Part shown: positions 11,019 through 23,663 of the stretch, piece after piece
Position numbering within the stretch: the stretch's first letter is position 1
Layout of the letters: each line of letters begins with the position of its first letter
Assembly: GCF_001194135.2 (NCBI RefSeq)
Contig: NC_068983.1
Location: forward strand, 109,690,032-109,754,031
DNA from: Octopus bimaculoides
Lineage: Eukaryota
Direction: 5' to 3'
Length of the DNA: 64,000 nt
Translations under genes and position numbers: made by a program
Notes under the pieces: model-generated
Told to the model about the DNA's origin: nothing
The model's database searches: none
Seen by the model: the letters and a program-made list of their open reading frames with translations, nothing else

Positions 11019-12787
11019 ACACTTCAGGTTTGAAAATTTTCAGTTTAGTTCCCTATTAATAGTTTAGTCTTTTTAATAGTTGTTGAAGATTTTCTTCTGC
11101 TAATTCAGTTATTAGTGATTATTTTTCTTTCACCTTTGCTTAGAAGTTTTGTTAATATATATATATATGTGTATTTTCTAGTGGTGGTGGTGTTCAAATC
11201 CCACATTTACTTGGTGAACATAGATGACCAAATATATGCATAACTTGGTATTGTATTTATTATTTTGTTATCATGCAAAAAAAATTTTAAAAAGATCTGA
11301 AGCATTGCAGATAAGACTAAATTATATTGTAGATAGCATATGTAATTGTGTATATAACTGTTTACTAAGATGTCTTATTATTTATTATGCAGGATGATAG
11401 CCATCATAATTCTGCTTCTTTCTGCAAAGGGTTGGACAATTTCCAAATTGTTTTTTGATAACAAACTGCAGTGACAGTCTTGGACAATTTCAACCAAACA
11501 GAAAAACAGCACAGAGCAATAAGAGTCACTACATATATTAGGGCCCAAAATACTTAAAACCTTGTTAGTTACTGGCATGCTACAAAGCTTAAGTGCAGCT
11601 TTCTTTAGAGCTCTGATTACCATTTCTGGTAGTGTTACATCTCCACACATATACCCACAAACATGTACACATAAACATCCTACACTATTCCCATAAAAAG
11701 ACCATCTAGCTGACAGATATAATTTACTCACTAAAATATGCCAACCACTAGCACACAGAATAATGTTTCTTCTTTCTCTCCAATGTTTATTCCCAAACCT
11801 CACACTAAACATTATACTTAATTCTTTCTCATATCTATGCCCTCTTGAGTTTTTACTTTTTCTTATCTTTCCTACAAATACCAACCTACAGAAGTGCAAT
11901 GTGAAAATCAATAAGATAGACCTCCTCAGTAGAGAAAGACCTCAAGACATCATGATTATTTAATGGTTGCATATCAAAATATCTGTATTACCCACAATTA
12001 TATGACTGAATGGTAAAAGGAAAGATGAAAGAATTAATCAAAGGGAGAAAGAAAACTAATTCTCGAGAATCACTGAATTGCAAAATACTTTTTTGTTTTT
12101 TTTAAAAATTGCTAACATGCATATTTTCACTTAAAACACACTTTTAAAGAATAAATCAGGCTGATGAAACAGAAAAGATGCAAGAAACGAATTCAAGATG
12201 TAAATTCCATACTTCAAGTAATAAGCCTGTTATGAGAAACAGACAAATATGCGTATAACTTGGATTAATGTCCGTAAAATTTAACAACTGGCTCCATACT
12301 CCTATATTACCAAAATTAGCTTATTAACACAGCCAATAATTAGGTTCAAGTACTGTCATCAAATATGCTGATGTGAATTGATTTGTTCAAAAGTAGAAAG
12401 TATTTTTTTAGAACTATAAAGATTACAAGCTCTTTCTCTCAGCATTTAAAAAACAATTCCATTCCACATGCTTCACAAGATGCTGGGATTTAGCCAAAAA
12501 TTAATATAACCATTAATATCACTGGACAACTTAAGCTTTGGTTATAAAAACATTTATTCAAAATGCTTTTTTATGGAACTTGGCATTCCTTTACATTGAT
12601 AATAAAAGGACCTAAATATGCAACACACTAAAGGATAAAATTGCCATCAAATAGTAAAATATCAGAAGTTATGTAGAAAAGTTATATATACACTTTGTAA
12701 TCATAGAATTAAATTGGGTATTAAAGGGAGGGTTGGCAATATGATAGAACCTACACACATAAAAGGAAAATGATTCTTACTAAACTG

Positions 12788-12930
12788 TAGGCATAGGCAT
12801 TGCTGTGTAGTTAAGATGTTTGCTTCCTAACCACATGGTTTTAAATTCAGTCCCTCTGTCTTATACTACAGTACTGAGTCAACCAAAGCCTTAAGAGTAG
12901 ATTTGATAGATGGAAACTGAAATAAACCCA

Positions 12931-12971
<41 letters not shown>

Positions 12972-12974
12972 TTT

Positions 12975-13029
<55 letters not shown>

Positions 13030-13047
13030 ATGCATGTNNNNNNNNNN

Positions 13048-13096
<49 letters not shown>

Positions 13097-13110
13097 ATGC
13101 ATGCATGTTT
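12788..13110 (+). mobile_element. Degenerate tRNA-derived SINE with internal (TG)n
   Basis: Colinear with the better-preserved copy at 28616-29068 (AACCACATGGTT, CAGTCCC, ACCAAAGCCTT, GGAAACTGAA). Confidence 0.75.
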
Positions 13111-13569
13111 CTTTATTTAAAAGTTACAATGTTTGAGTAACATTGCTGGCACTTCTCTTGTCAATAACTTGCCTCCAAAACACACGGGATAAGATCACTT
13201 TCTTGAAAGACAGGTAAGGGTTACTATGTTGAGAATTGCATCCAAATGTTAAACAATGCCTCAATAATATAGTTATTTAACCGTGGCTAGCATGGACAAT
13301 CTGATATAAAAGCAAATAAAACTTAATGCCAGGATACAAATAAATCAAGTAAACCTTGTGAAGTTGCAAATTTACAGTAACCACAGAAATTCTTAACTAA
13401 ATCAGATGATAGATAAATCTGCTGAAATGATGATGATGTAATATGGCAGCTTTCAGAGATTGTATTTGTAATAAGCTAAATTAAAGAAAGGGACCAATAT
13501 GTGTTGAAGCATTTTTAAAGGATGGAGTAAGAAATGGTTCAGTATACAGCAAACTAAATATAGCATTAT

Positions 13570-13787
13570 TAGTTTTTTCTGCTTTGGCACAAGGCCTGAA
13601 ATTTTGTGGGAAGAGGCTAGTCTATTATATCAATCCAAGTGGTTAACAGGTACTTAATTTATCGACCACAGAAGGATGAAAGGCAAGATTGACTTTGGGG
13701 GAATTTGAACGCAGAATGTAAGGACAAACAAAATACTGCTAAGCATTTTGTCTGGCATGCTAATGATTCTGCCAACTTGCTCCTTAA
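13570..13787 (-). mobile_element. tRNA-derived SINE, second family
   Basis: Reverse-complement homolog of 29302-29522 (GGTACTTAATTTATCGAC...GGATGAAAGGCAA...AATTTGAAC). Confidence 0.75.
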
Positions 13788-16700
13788 AATAGTGTTAATA
13801 ATAACTCAGAATATAAAGCACAGATACAAAGTGAGATGAAAGAAAATACGTCACAGTATGAGTTGCTTGAATGGGATATGAATGAGCTTCAAACATGAGA
13901 ATCTGGAGTTATATATAAAAAGAAAAAGCAGAGAACATTCTTTTACCTGTTCAAAGTTATAAACTTACTACAAAGAATCTATTACATAAGATGACAACCA
14001 ATAATGAGACTCATACAAGGAGATGGAGATAAGTTCTCTTACATTTCTTAACCCTTTCTAAGGTGGTCATAATACTGTTGTCACTGTTGTTGTTCATTCT
14101 CAGGTCAACTTTGATTGAGAAGATATATGATTATAACCACTCTAACAATGACCAATCCAACATTTTGTACATCAAAGATTGCAATACCCAATGTGTTCTT
14201 TTTATTTAAGAAAGCAGGGTTATTTATGACTGAGGGAAACATGGCTGGCATTTCTAGCAATTCAAGATACTATATATATGTTTTCTTACTAATTTATCTT
14301 CTCACAATTATCACGTTATATAGGATACAATAATATAATCACTAGGTAAAATAGTTTGTTTTGCTTTTGCATTGTATAAAATCAAAAGCTCTTATCTCAA
14401 AATCAGAGCATGATTATAAAATATAACTTGACTGAAAATATATAAAGTACAAGTAGTATATTTCAAACTGGATATTAAGAAAAAAAAATATATTATCATA
14501 TTTATAAGAGCCATAACAATATTCAGTATTTCACACATTAAAACATACAGTACACATACTACTTCAAGACAGCATAATTTCCACATCATCTACATGAAAA
14601 AATGAAAATCATGCCATAATATTCAATGATGAATAAAAACAGTAGAAAACATGTCAGCAAAGTATTAGAGCAGCCTATTTAATGAAGGAATAATGAATAA
14701 TGCACACACCTGAGAAAATACAGATGTAATGCCACATAAAATTATACAAATAATATTATAAAAATCTATATGAGAATACTAAAATCTTTTAGTCAGGAAG
14801 TACCTATGATCAATCACAGGGCACCAAGACTGGTGGGAGGGAGTATCCTGAAAGTAGAAACCTGACTTAAATGATTGCAATAAAAATGAATTCCACTAGG
14901 GGCAAAGAGGTACAAAGTGGTGGTATTAAACCAGATGATGGGTTAAGTCTATGATCCAAGTAGGCCATGGCAGGATTTGAAATCAGAAGGCAAAGAAACA
15001 GAATAAATAATGCAAGGTATCCAGTTTTTACAGTTCTTTTAACCGACTGGCTTGGATAGGAACATTTTTTTATCAATCCTGAAAGGAGGAAAGACCAAGG
15101 TGACTCCAGAACACAGATAGTTGGAAAAAATACCATGAAGCACTTTTTCAGATACTCTAACAACTCTGTTGATTCAATGCTTTCATGTATGTAAAATAAT
15201 TATGAAACAATATTTATGATGTTAAGGTGCTGCATTTTGATGAGATGATCATATTCAGGTTTGATTTGAGCTATTGAGGTATTCCACTTTTACTTTACAT
15301 CTGAATCATTTGAAGTTGTGGTTACTTCAAAAATAAAGCATCCAGCCCATATAAACATAGAGATATAAATCCAAAATTTCAAAAACATGATTTTTAGTAG
15401 AAGGAAATTATTTGTCTTATCTTATTAAAGTTCAAATCTCACTGATTGGTCAGTTTTGAATTATATTTATGTAGAGTTGATAAAGTAGCATCAGTACCTT
15501 AGTGTCATTGACTAAATCAAATGTACCTCAAATCTAATGAAAACTGAGCTTGGTTTTCATAGAATGCAATGAAACATAAAAAGTTACAAAGACTTGAATA
15601 GTATAAATAAATTCAGTTTTATAAATGATAATACAAAATAATAAAAGGGAAAAGAATCCAATAAAAGTACACATGTCAAATCTTGATAGTTATATTATTA
15701 TAATGATATAATAAATGGAATTTTATTATTTTTAGTCAAGAAGCTTTAATGACAAATTTCAACATAATATTAGGCTTTATAATCATTTCAATATGATAAA
15801 TATTCAAACTGATAATAGTTTTAATAAGTTATTCAACTTTGCATACTTTTAGAAAATACTTTAATGAGAATTTATCTAATGCGATAAACACACTTTGCAT
15901 TTTCCAACAAAACCATGAGGTATATTAATCAACATCCATCAATCTGATTGTTATACTTTTTTAGAATGTAATTTTCATTTAAACATCCCAGTACTAACAC
16001 CATCATACCACCTCATTCTGTATTCAAATTCCTGTCCATTTTATTTTTGTTTCAATCTGTAAAATGGTATTCTTCCACTTAAGCTATGAACTTAAAATCA
16101 AGACTGAAATGAACTGTCAAGAATTAAATAATGACCTATAGTTCTAAGTGTGTATTCTGTTTACTGTCACATACACTTTCATATGCCTGGAGATAAATAA
16201 CCAAAGCAATTTTAAAGTGTGTGTATGTAACAAGTAAAATTAGAGTCAACTGTCTTTTTTTTTATGACTTTTAAAATTTTCTTAAGCTTCTGATGTGATC
16301 ATTTAATGTGACATTTATTTTGTAAGTATTGCCTAGTTTTAATGCTTTAAGGAAATATACAAAACACATTGCTTATATTTACCATAATTGTTGGAATATA
16401 AAATGAATTTTTTTTATCTTTTAAATGTATCAAAATATTGATTTGCATCTAATGTGCCATGTTACAGATGGGAGAGTGAATGTCATAGGCTAGGAAAGCC
16501 AGATGCACAAGTCCATAAGACAAAGCAGTTGTTACTTAGTCTAATAAAGTACTGAAAATGAGCCAAAATATCATAGCCTGTTTGGAGAAACTTATGAAAC
16601 ATTGCATGCAGTACTTCGATAGTTATGTGAAGAGACCATATTATCTCATTATACCTCCCTTCTCAGCATACATAACCCACAACTGATATGACTGTTACAT

Positions 16701-17085
16701 TATTTAACAAATCTTATCTTTAACAAACATTTAATTTTTAATTGTCTAAATGAAAAATTCTGGAAAGATGAATGGAATATTAAATCTATATCAGCCTGTC
16801 AACTATTTGCAATGACTAGATGACCATCAAACCAGAGCAGTGGTGCACTACCCTGGTGATTGATCACAGTTACATAAAACCTCAGCTAGAAATATGAACT
16901 TTACGTCCAGTATGGCAATTCTTTTCACAAAAATATAAACTGATGAAAATAAAGCTGGAGTACAATACAACCATGATGTAGTTTGTGATTTCATACTTTA
17001 TTCAAGTATACTATCACAATATTACATAATGTCTGGAAATTATGATTTATATTCTAAAGCTTGCTTAGCTTCTTTCAAAACATGT

Positions 17086-17152
<67 letters not shown>

Positions 17153-17359
17153 AAATATATATATAAAATATATAAAATATATATATAAAATATATATATA
17201 TATATTTCAATAATAATAAATGGGGAAAATTAATCAATTAATTATTTAATAATTAATGATTTTACCAAGTAATTTGGTATGTTAAAATAACCTTTTAGGA
17301 TAACATTATACAAATATTCTATAATTATAAGCATAATTATAATCAGGGGTCAGCTAATT

Positions 17360-17498
17360 GCTTCGCCATGCACCGAATTTAGAAATAGCAGTTAAAATAC
17401 CTATTTCACTACCATAAATATCTCCCTGTCTGGGAGATATTTATGGTAGTGAAATAGGTATTTTAACTGCTATTTCTAAATTCGGTGCATGGCGAAGC
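17360..17498. repeat. Perfect inverted repeat, 67-bp arms with a 5-nt spacer, abutting an N gap
   Basis: 17360-17426 is the exact reverse complement of 17432-17498; spacer TGTCT. Confidence 0.97.
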
Positions 17499-17671
17499 NN
17501 NNNNNNNNNNNNNNNNNNNNNNNNNNNNNNNNNNNNNNNNNNNNNNNNNNNNNNNNNNNNNNNNNNNNNNNNNNNNNNNNNNNNNNNNNNNNNNNNNNNN
17601 NNNNNNNNNNNNNNNNNNNNNNNNNNNNNNNNNNNNNNNNNNNNNNNNNNNNNNNNNNNNNNNNNNNNNNN

Positions 17672-17840
17672 TATATTGGTTGGCGTTAGGAAGGGCATCC
17701 AGCTGTAGAAACTCTGCCAAATTAGATTGGAGCCTGGTGTTGCCATCCGGTTTCACCAGTCCTCAGTTAAATCGTCCAACCCATGCTAGCATGGAAAGCG
17801 GACGTTAAACGATGATGATGATGATGATGATGATGATGAT
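17672..17840 (+). mobile_element. RTE LINE 3' end with (GAT)10 tail
   Basis: Near-identical to 20174-20318; upstream part lost in the gap. Confidence 0.9.
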
Positions 17841-17976
17841 ATATGTATGCTTATGCTCCTCTGTTATGGTTTGGAGGACTATGATAAATAGAAGGGGACT
17901 GAGAACTGGGCCCTTGGGAACTCCAACATGCACACTAAATTCAATGATGTAATAATTGGTAACTCTCATCATATTA

Positions 17977-18156
17977 CAGTTCTAGTGGTTAAGAGCATAG
18001 GCTACTGACCCCAATACCATCGAAAAATACCTTAAGAATGAGAACCCTAGTTCGAAATTTCCCCAATTCACCTGATGAAAGCTGGATGGTATATCAGTTG
18101 AAACATTGTGTTAACAAACAAGATGAGGACAAATATCTGTCAAATGTAAATAATGT
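17977..18156 (+). mobile_element. 180-bp SINE-like insertion with a tRNA-like head and a hammerhead motif
   Basis: Flanked by an exact 13-bp direct repeat TCTCATCATATTA (17964-17976 and 18157-18169); head CTAGTGGTTAAGAGC...CTACTGACCCC; B-box-like GTTCGAAA; hammerhead core inside. Confidence 0.75.
18069..18110 (+). ncRNA. Minimal type I hammerhead ribozyme motif, partly decayed
   Basis: Stem I 5' CAC; core CTGATGA (18072-18078); extra A; stem II AGCTG/CAGTT; GAAAC (18100-18104); ATT triplet; stem I 3' GTG. Confidence 0.65.
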
Positions 18157-18840
18157 TCTCATCATATTATCTTAAGCATCTCCGAGGTAATTCCTGTTAG
18201 ACAAAACTTTTAGTCTTCATGTCCTTAATTGCTTTATCCATCATATAGCTACCCACCAGAAGGGTTTTTTCCTCTGTCAGGTTCACATAAGAACCATGCT
18301 TTTTCCACATCTAAGTATTAAAATGAATAAATGAATATATTGAGGATGTTATACAAAATCAAAATAAATGATGGTGATATTCTCTGCAACAGATGCATGA
18401 TAAATTCATGTTATGATGATGACAGCAATGCTGAAGAGGGAATGAGAAATTAATATTTTTTCTTCTCTTTTACAAGGAGAATTAAATGAAATAAATATTT
18501 CTGCCATATCAAATTAAATAAAAAACGAAACTAATTTAGAAGGATTATGAGATAATGTGAAGGAAATTACAAACTAGCTACTACAGCGAAAGGACGAAGA
18601 ACCCCAATAAGTACACAGAACAACAGCACAATTATAAAGCTTCAGTTGGAGTTACATTATGAAGACAATGGAATTGTTTCTTATCTCATTTTCCATTTGT
18701 CATGGCTTAGACTTTACTTCCATTACATTCATTACTTTTTTGACTGTAGGTTAAACTTATACCAGGGCAATGTAGTACCCACAATTCATGTAGGAACATT
18801 TATTGATTGAAATACTTATTCTAAAGTTATTGTACAAACG

Positions 18841-19202
18841 TACAGCAATGAATTCCGGGTAGAGGTAGGGGTCCACCAAGGTTCCGTCCTCAGCCCCCTA
18901 TTATTTACCATAGTCCTCCAGGCAATCACAGAGGAGTTCAAGACAGGTTGCCCCTGGGAGCTCCTCTATGCTGATGACCTTGCCCTAATTGCGGAGTCAC
19001 TATCAGAACTAGAGGAGAAGTTTCAGGTGTGGAAGCAAGGTCTAGAATTGAAGGGCCTTAGAGTCAACCTAGCTAAAACCAAAATCCTAATAAGTAGGAA
19101 GGTAGATAAAACACAAACCCCTTCAGGTAGATGGCCCTGCTCAGTATGTAGAAAAGGAGTAGGTAGTAACTCTATAAGATGTACCCGGTGCAAGCTATGG
19201 AC
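18841..19202 (+). CDS. RTE-clade LINE reverse transcriptase fragment, open frame up to the gap
   Basis: YSNEFRVEVGVHQGSVLSPLLFTIVLQAITEEFKTGCPWELLYADDLALIAE...LRVNLAKTK...CSVCRKGVGSNSIRCTRCKLW; YADD at 18967-18978; no stop codons. Confidence 0.95.
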
Positions 19203-20318
19203 NNNNNNNNNNNNNNNNNNNNNNNNNNNNNNNNNNNNNNNNNNNNNNNNNNNNNNNNNNNNNNNNNNNNNNNNNNNNNNNNNNNNNNNNNNNNNNNNNN
19301 NNNNNNNNNNNNNNNNNNNNNNNNNNNNNNNNNNNNNNNNNNNNNNNNNNNNNNNNNNNNNNNNNNNNNNNNNNNNNNNNNNNNNNNNNNNNNNNNNNNN
19401 NNNNNNNNNNNNNNNNNNNNNNNNNNNNNNNNNNNNNNNNNNNNNNNNNNNNNNNNNNNNNNNNNNNNNNNNNNNNNNNNNNNNNNNNNNNNNNNNNNNN
19501 NNNNNNNNNNNNNNNNNNNNNNNNNNNNNNNNNNNNNNNNNNNNNNNNNNNNNNNNNNNNNNNNNNNNNNNNNNNNNNNNNNNNNNNNNNNNNNNNNNNN
19601 NNNNNNNNNNNNNNNNNNNNNNNNNNNNNNNNNNNNNNNNNNNNNNNNNNNNNNNNNNNNNNNNNNNNNNNNNNNNNNNNNNNNNNNNNNNNNNNNNNNN
19701 NNNNNNNNNNNNNNNNNNNNNNNNNNNNNNNNNNNNNNNNNNNNNNNNNNNNNNNNNNNNNNNNNNNNNNNNNNNNNNNNNNNNNNNNNNNNNNNNNNNN
19801 NNNNNNNNNNNNNNNNNNNNNNNNNNNNNNNNNNNNNNNNNNNNNNNNNNNNNNNNNNNNNNNNNNNNNNNNNNNNNNNNNNNNNNNNNNNNNNNNNNNN
19901 NNNNNNNNNNNNNNNNNNNNNNNNNNNNNNNNNNNNNNNNNNNNNNNNNNNNNNNNNNNNNNNNNNNNNNNNNNNNNNNNNNNNNNNNNNNNNNNNNNNN
20001 NNNNNNNNNNNNNNNNNNNNNNNNNNNNNNNNNNNNNNNNNNNNNNNNNNNNNAGCGAGATCGTTGCCAGTGCCCCTGGACTGGCTTGTGCGGGTGGCAC
20101 ATAAAAGACACCATTTCGAGCGTGGCCGTTTTCGTGCGGGTGACACGTAAAAGCACCCACTACACTCTCTGAGTGGTTGGCGTTAGGAAGGGCATCCAGC
20201 TGTAGAAACTCTGCCAAATCAGACTGGAGCCTGGTGTTGCCATCCGGTTTCACCAGTCCTCAGTCAAATCGTCCAACCCATGCTAGCATGGAAAGCGGAC
20301 GTTAAACGATGATGATGA
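18841..20318 (+). mobile_element. 5'-truncated young RTE LINE
   Basis: RT fragment, 851-N gap, CpG-rich 3' UTR ending GGACGTTAAAC(GAT)n. Confidence 0.9.
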
Positions 20319-21328
20319 CAGGTTGGATTCAAAACATGATCTTTTCTTATATTTTATGAATATTTATATTTTAACTGTTTTTACCTCAATATTTTCTAAA
20401 GCTTGATTGAGAAGTAAAGGCATCACCTTGGGCCCTTGGAAACTATCTGTAATCAGTATGGTTAAACGATAATTGGTGAACTTACTATAGATCTAGAAAA
20501 GTGTGGCGGTTAGTAAATTCAGAAAATACTGGAAAAAATTGAAGAAACTAAAAAGAAGACCTATGAAATAAAGAACTGCATATAAAGCACCATATTACAA
20601 AAAAAAAAAAACTTATGAGTTTAGTAAAAGTAGTAGAAAACAAAGAGAAAGCACCACAAACAACTTGGAAAGAGTCAACATTCTGATGGGACACTAGGAA
20701 GAATGGAAACAATTATAATAATAGATGCAGAGGGGCAGAGATAGCATGATAATGAACAAGGGATAAAAGATTTTCAATAATGCTGGGCTAACTGACTGAA
20801 TCATGTCTTTTTCCTAAAGGTACTTTTAATTATCCGTACTAAATATATTGTGCTCACAGAGTAGCTAAACACAGCATAATTGGGTATCAACTGTTCTTCA
20901 AAATTTTAATATTTCTTTTCATTTTTTATATTAAACAAATAATGGTCAGTTTAAATTTATAAAAATTACTGTACAGTGGTTTTCTTCATTCTGGAAGTAA
21001 CCAAGTATCATTAATTCTGCCAGGTTGTCAGTCTTCATTGGTAAACACACTACAGTTCTCTACAGGTGAAAAATGAAGCACATCTAGATCAAAATAGCAA
21101 TCCTAGATTTTAGGAATATAGGATAATGGGGTATTTGAGATAAGGGTTATAGTTACTGAGTAAACCAATGCTTATGAAGACAAAAAGAGTTTTAAAAAAT
21201 TATTGACATTTGGTAGAATGTACAACTATTGGCAGGTGGACATGCTACAGTTGTGAAAACAGACCCAGAACATGTAATCAACATAGTTGTTTAGTGTTAG
21301 AAAGTATACCAGCCAAGACACTTTACAA

Positions 21329-21690
21329 GTAAGGAGCTTGCTTCCCAACCATGTGGTCTTGAGTTCAGTCCCATAGTGCAGCATTTTGGGCAAGTATTGT
21401 TGACTGCAGCCCTAAACTGAACAAAGCCTTATGAGTGGATTTGGTTCACAGAAACTAAAAAGAGCCTGCCATATAATGTGTGTGTGTCTTTGTATTCATG
21501 TTTGTCCTCCATCACCACTTGACAACCAGTGCTGGTTTGTTTACATCCCCATAAGTTAGCAATTTGGAAAAAAGAGACAGCTAGAATAAATACAAGTACT
21601 TAAAAATAAGTACTGGGGTTGATTTGTTCAACTAAACCCTTCAAGGTGGTGCCCCAGTATGGCCATACCCAAAAGTCAAAAATAAGTAAA
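21329..21690 (+). mobile_element. Degenerate tRNA-derived SINE
   Basis: Colinear with 28616-29068 across head, body and 3' part. Confidence 0.75.
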
Positions 21691-22608
21691 AGAAAAGTCA
21701 TCTAACCATTAGTTGTGTAGAAGAAAATTGGGATAAGAAGCTACAAAAAATTTCATTATCATCTCATTTATTCAAGTAAGGACAATAGTTAGACATTGCT
21801 AAATATTCTCATTCTTTTAATCTTCAAATATTTTGCTAACATAAATAAATCTGTAACAAAGTTTTAATTTATCAAATCTCAAATTGATATTACTTTTTTT
21901 GGCCAGATAACCCAAGTAATTTCAATGAGAAATTACTCAGACTTTAGATCTTACTGAATAATGCGACAGATCAAGTGATAAGTGAATTATGTACACAAGT
22001 TGAAAAACAAATTAAATTGAAATAGATTCAATATTTCTATTCTATGTATTTAGAATTAACAAAATATACAATAAAATTTTACCTGGCAATGTAAATAGTA
22101 TTCAGTTCTAGAAAGCAATTTTCCTTAGTATTTGTTTGACAATATTTAGTAGGATTATTTTTTAATACTACAGATTTTATGTTCTTTCATTTATTGAAAA
22201 TTTAAATTCAGAATAATTTCAGCATTTTGGTTTGACAATATTTTAATTATTTTTTACTTATTTAAGGCACTTGTATGTTAATGACATTAACTTACTGCAA
22301 AATATATATTCTAATGATGTTTTTCTTTTTTCAGGTGTTAAGTCTTTTAATAGAGTGAGAAATATAGTATGCATTAAAGGATTCTATATCTTACAGTTAT
22401 TTTATTTATAATACCAAATGTATTTTAGCAGGATATAAGGCATTGAACTTCTTATAAAGAGCTAATTTAAGTTCTAAGACAATTTCACTGAACAAATATT
22501 AACTTATTTGGACTAGAACAATTGTTCCATCTTTAAAGTCTCAACATGGTAATTATAGAAAAAAAAATTAGACACACATATACACACATGCATGTGTATA
22601 TATATATA

Positions 22609-22611
<3 letters not shown>

Positions 22612-22705
<94 letters not shown>
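22612..22705. repeat. (TG)n microsatellite
   Basis: Seen directly. Confidence 0.95.
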
Positions 22706-22707
<2 letters not shown>

Positions 22708-23529
22708 AGGCAATAGGTGAGAACCAAATATACTAAGTATAGAAAACACATATAGTAGCACTCTCAAATGAATTGGACATAAACTCTGAATTCTTTGACC
22801 AGGGCAAGGTCCACATCAAGAGATATCCAAGTGAGTTGATATGGAGATAGTGATGTAGACAAACACATATATATATTGGGTGACACATATATACATACAG
22901 AATGGTAACAAAATAAGATGGTGTGTGGCTTTACATTACATATGTTCAAAAATTATATAGAAATACAAACAAATAACAAACAGAAAATACACTCATAGAA
23001 AGTCACTAAACCCTCATGGGGTATCATCCAAAGGATAACAATTTCACACCTTTAATGGTAATGCTGTTCCCCTTTGTGTGTGTCAGTAATGAGAAGCTGC
23101 TGGGAAATAGCAAGCAAACAAACAAGGGACCAATCATGGTGGAATGTAAACATACAAAAATGAAATAGATATATGTTATAGAAACAAAATATTCAAGATG
23201 AGACAAATAGCAAACAGACAAGGGACAGAGATGAAAACAAACAATGAAATAAACAGAATAAGGCCTTACAGCTCAAACATGAGACAAGTATATGGGTAAC
23301 ACCAGGAAAAGTGTCCTGAAGGAGTGGAAATGGAAGGAACAGCACTAGGACAACAAAATATGTTGAAAGTGGGAGACAAGATAAACAGGAGATTGGTTTT
23401 CTGGGTGATCAGGCATAGAAAGGAAATGGAGGAGAGAGGTCACGATGACTACAGGTCAAGTGGCTGTGGGAGGAGGGATAAAAAGTGACAGAGGGTAGAG
23501 AGAGACAGAGTGCAACAAAGATGGCAGGG

Positions 23530-23616
23530 GGGAGAGAGAGAGAGAGAGACAGAGGGGGAGAGTGAGAGAGAGAGAGAGGGGAGAGNNNNNNNNNNNNNNN
23601 NNNNNNNNNNNNNNNN

Positions 23617-23660
<44 letters not shown>
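23530..23660. repeat. (AG)n microsatellite with an internal gap
   Basis: Seen directly. Confidence 0.95.

Positions 23661-23663
<3 letters not shown>

Larger units (their letters stand above)
17870..18270 (-). pseudogene. Old, deleted RTE RT remnant that hosts the hammerhead-bearing insertion
   Basis: Minus strand reads DKAIKDMKT...TGITSEMLKI near 18170-18255 and EFSVHVGVPKGPVLSPLLFI near 17885-17945 (cf. GVPQGSVLSPLLF). Confidence 0.65.

Noticed and set aside
12161-12190. CTGATGA...GAAAC as another hammerhead
   Set aside because: No stem II or stem I complementarity.
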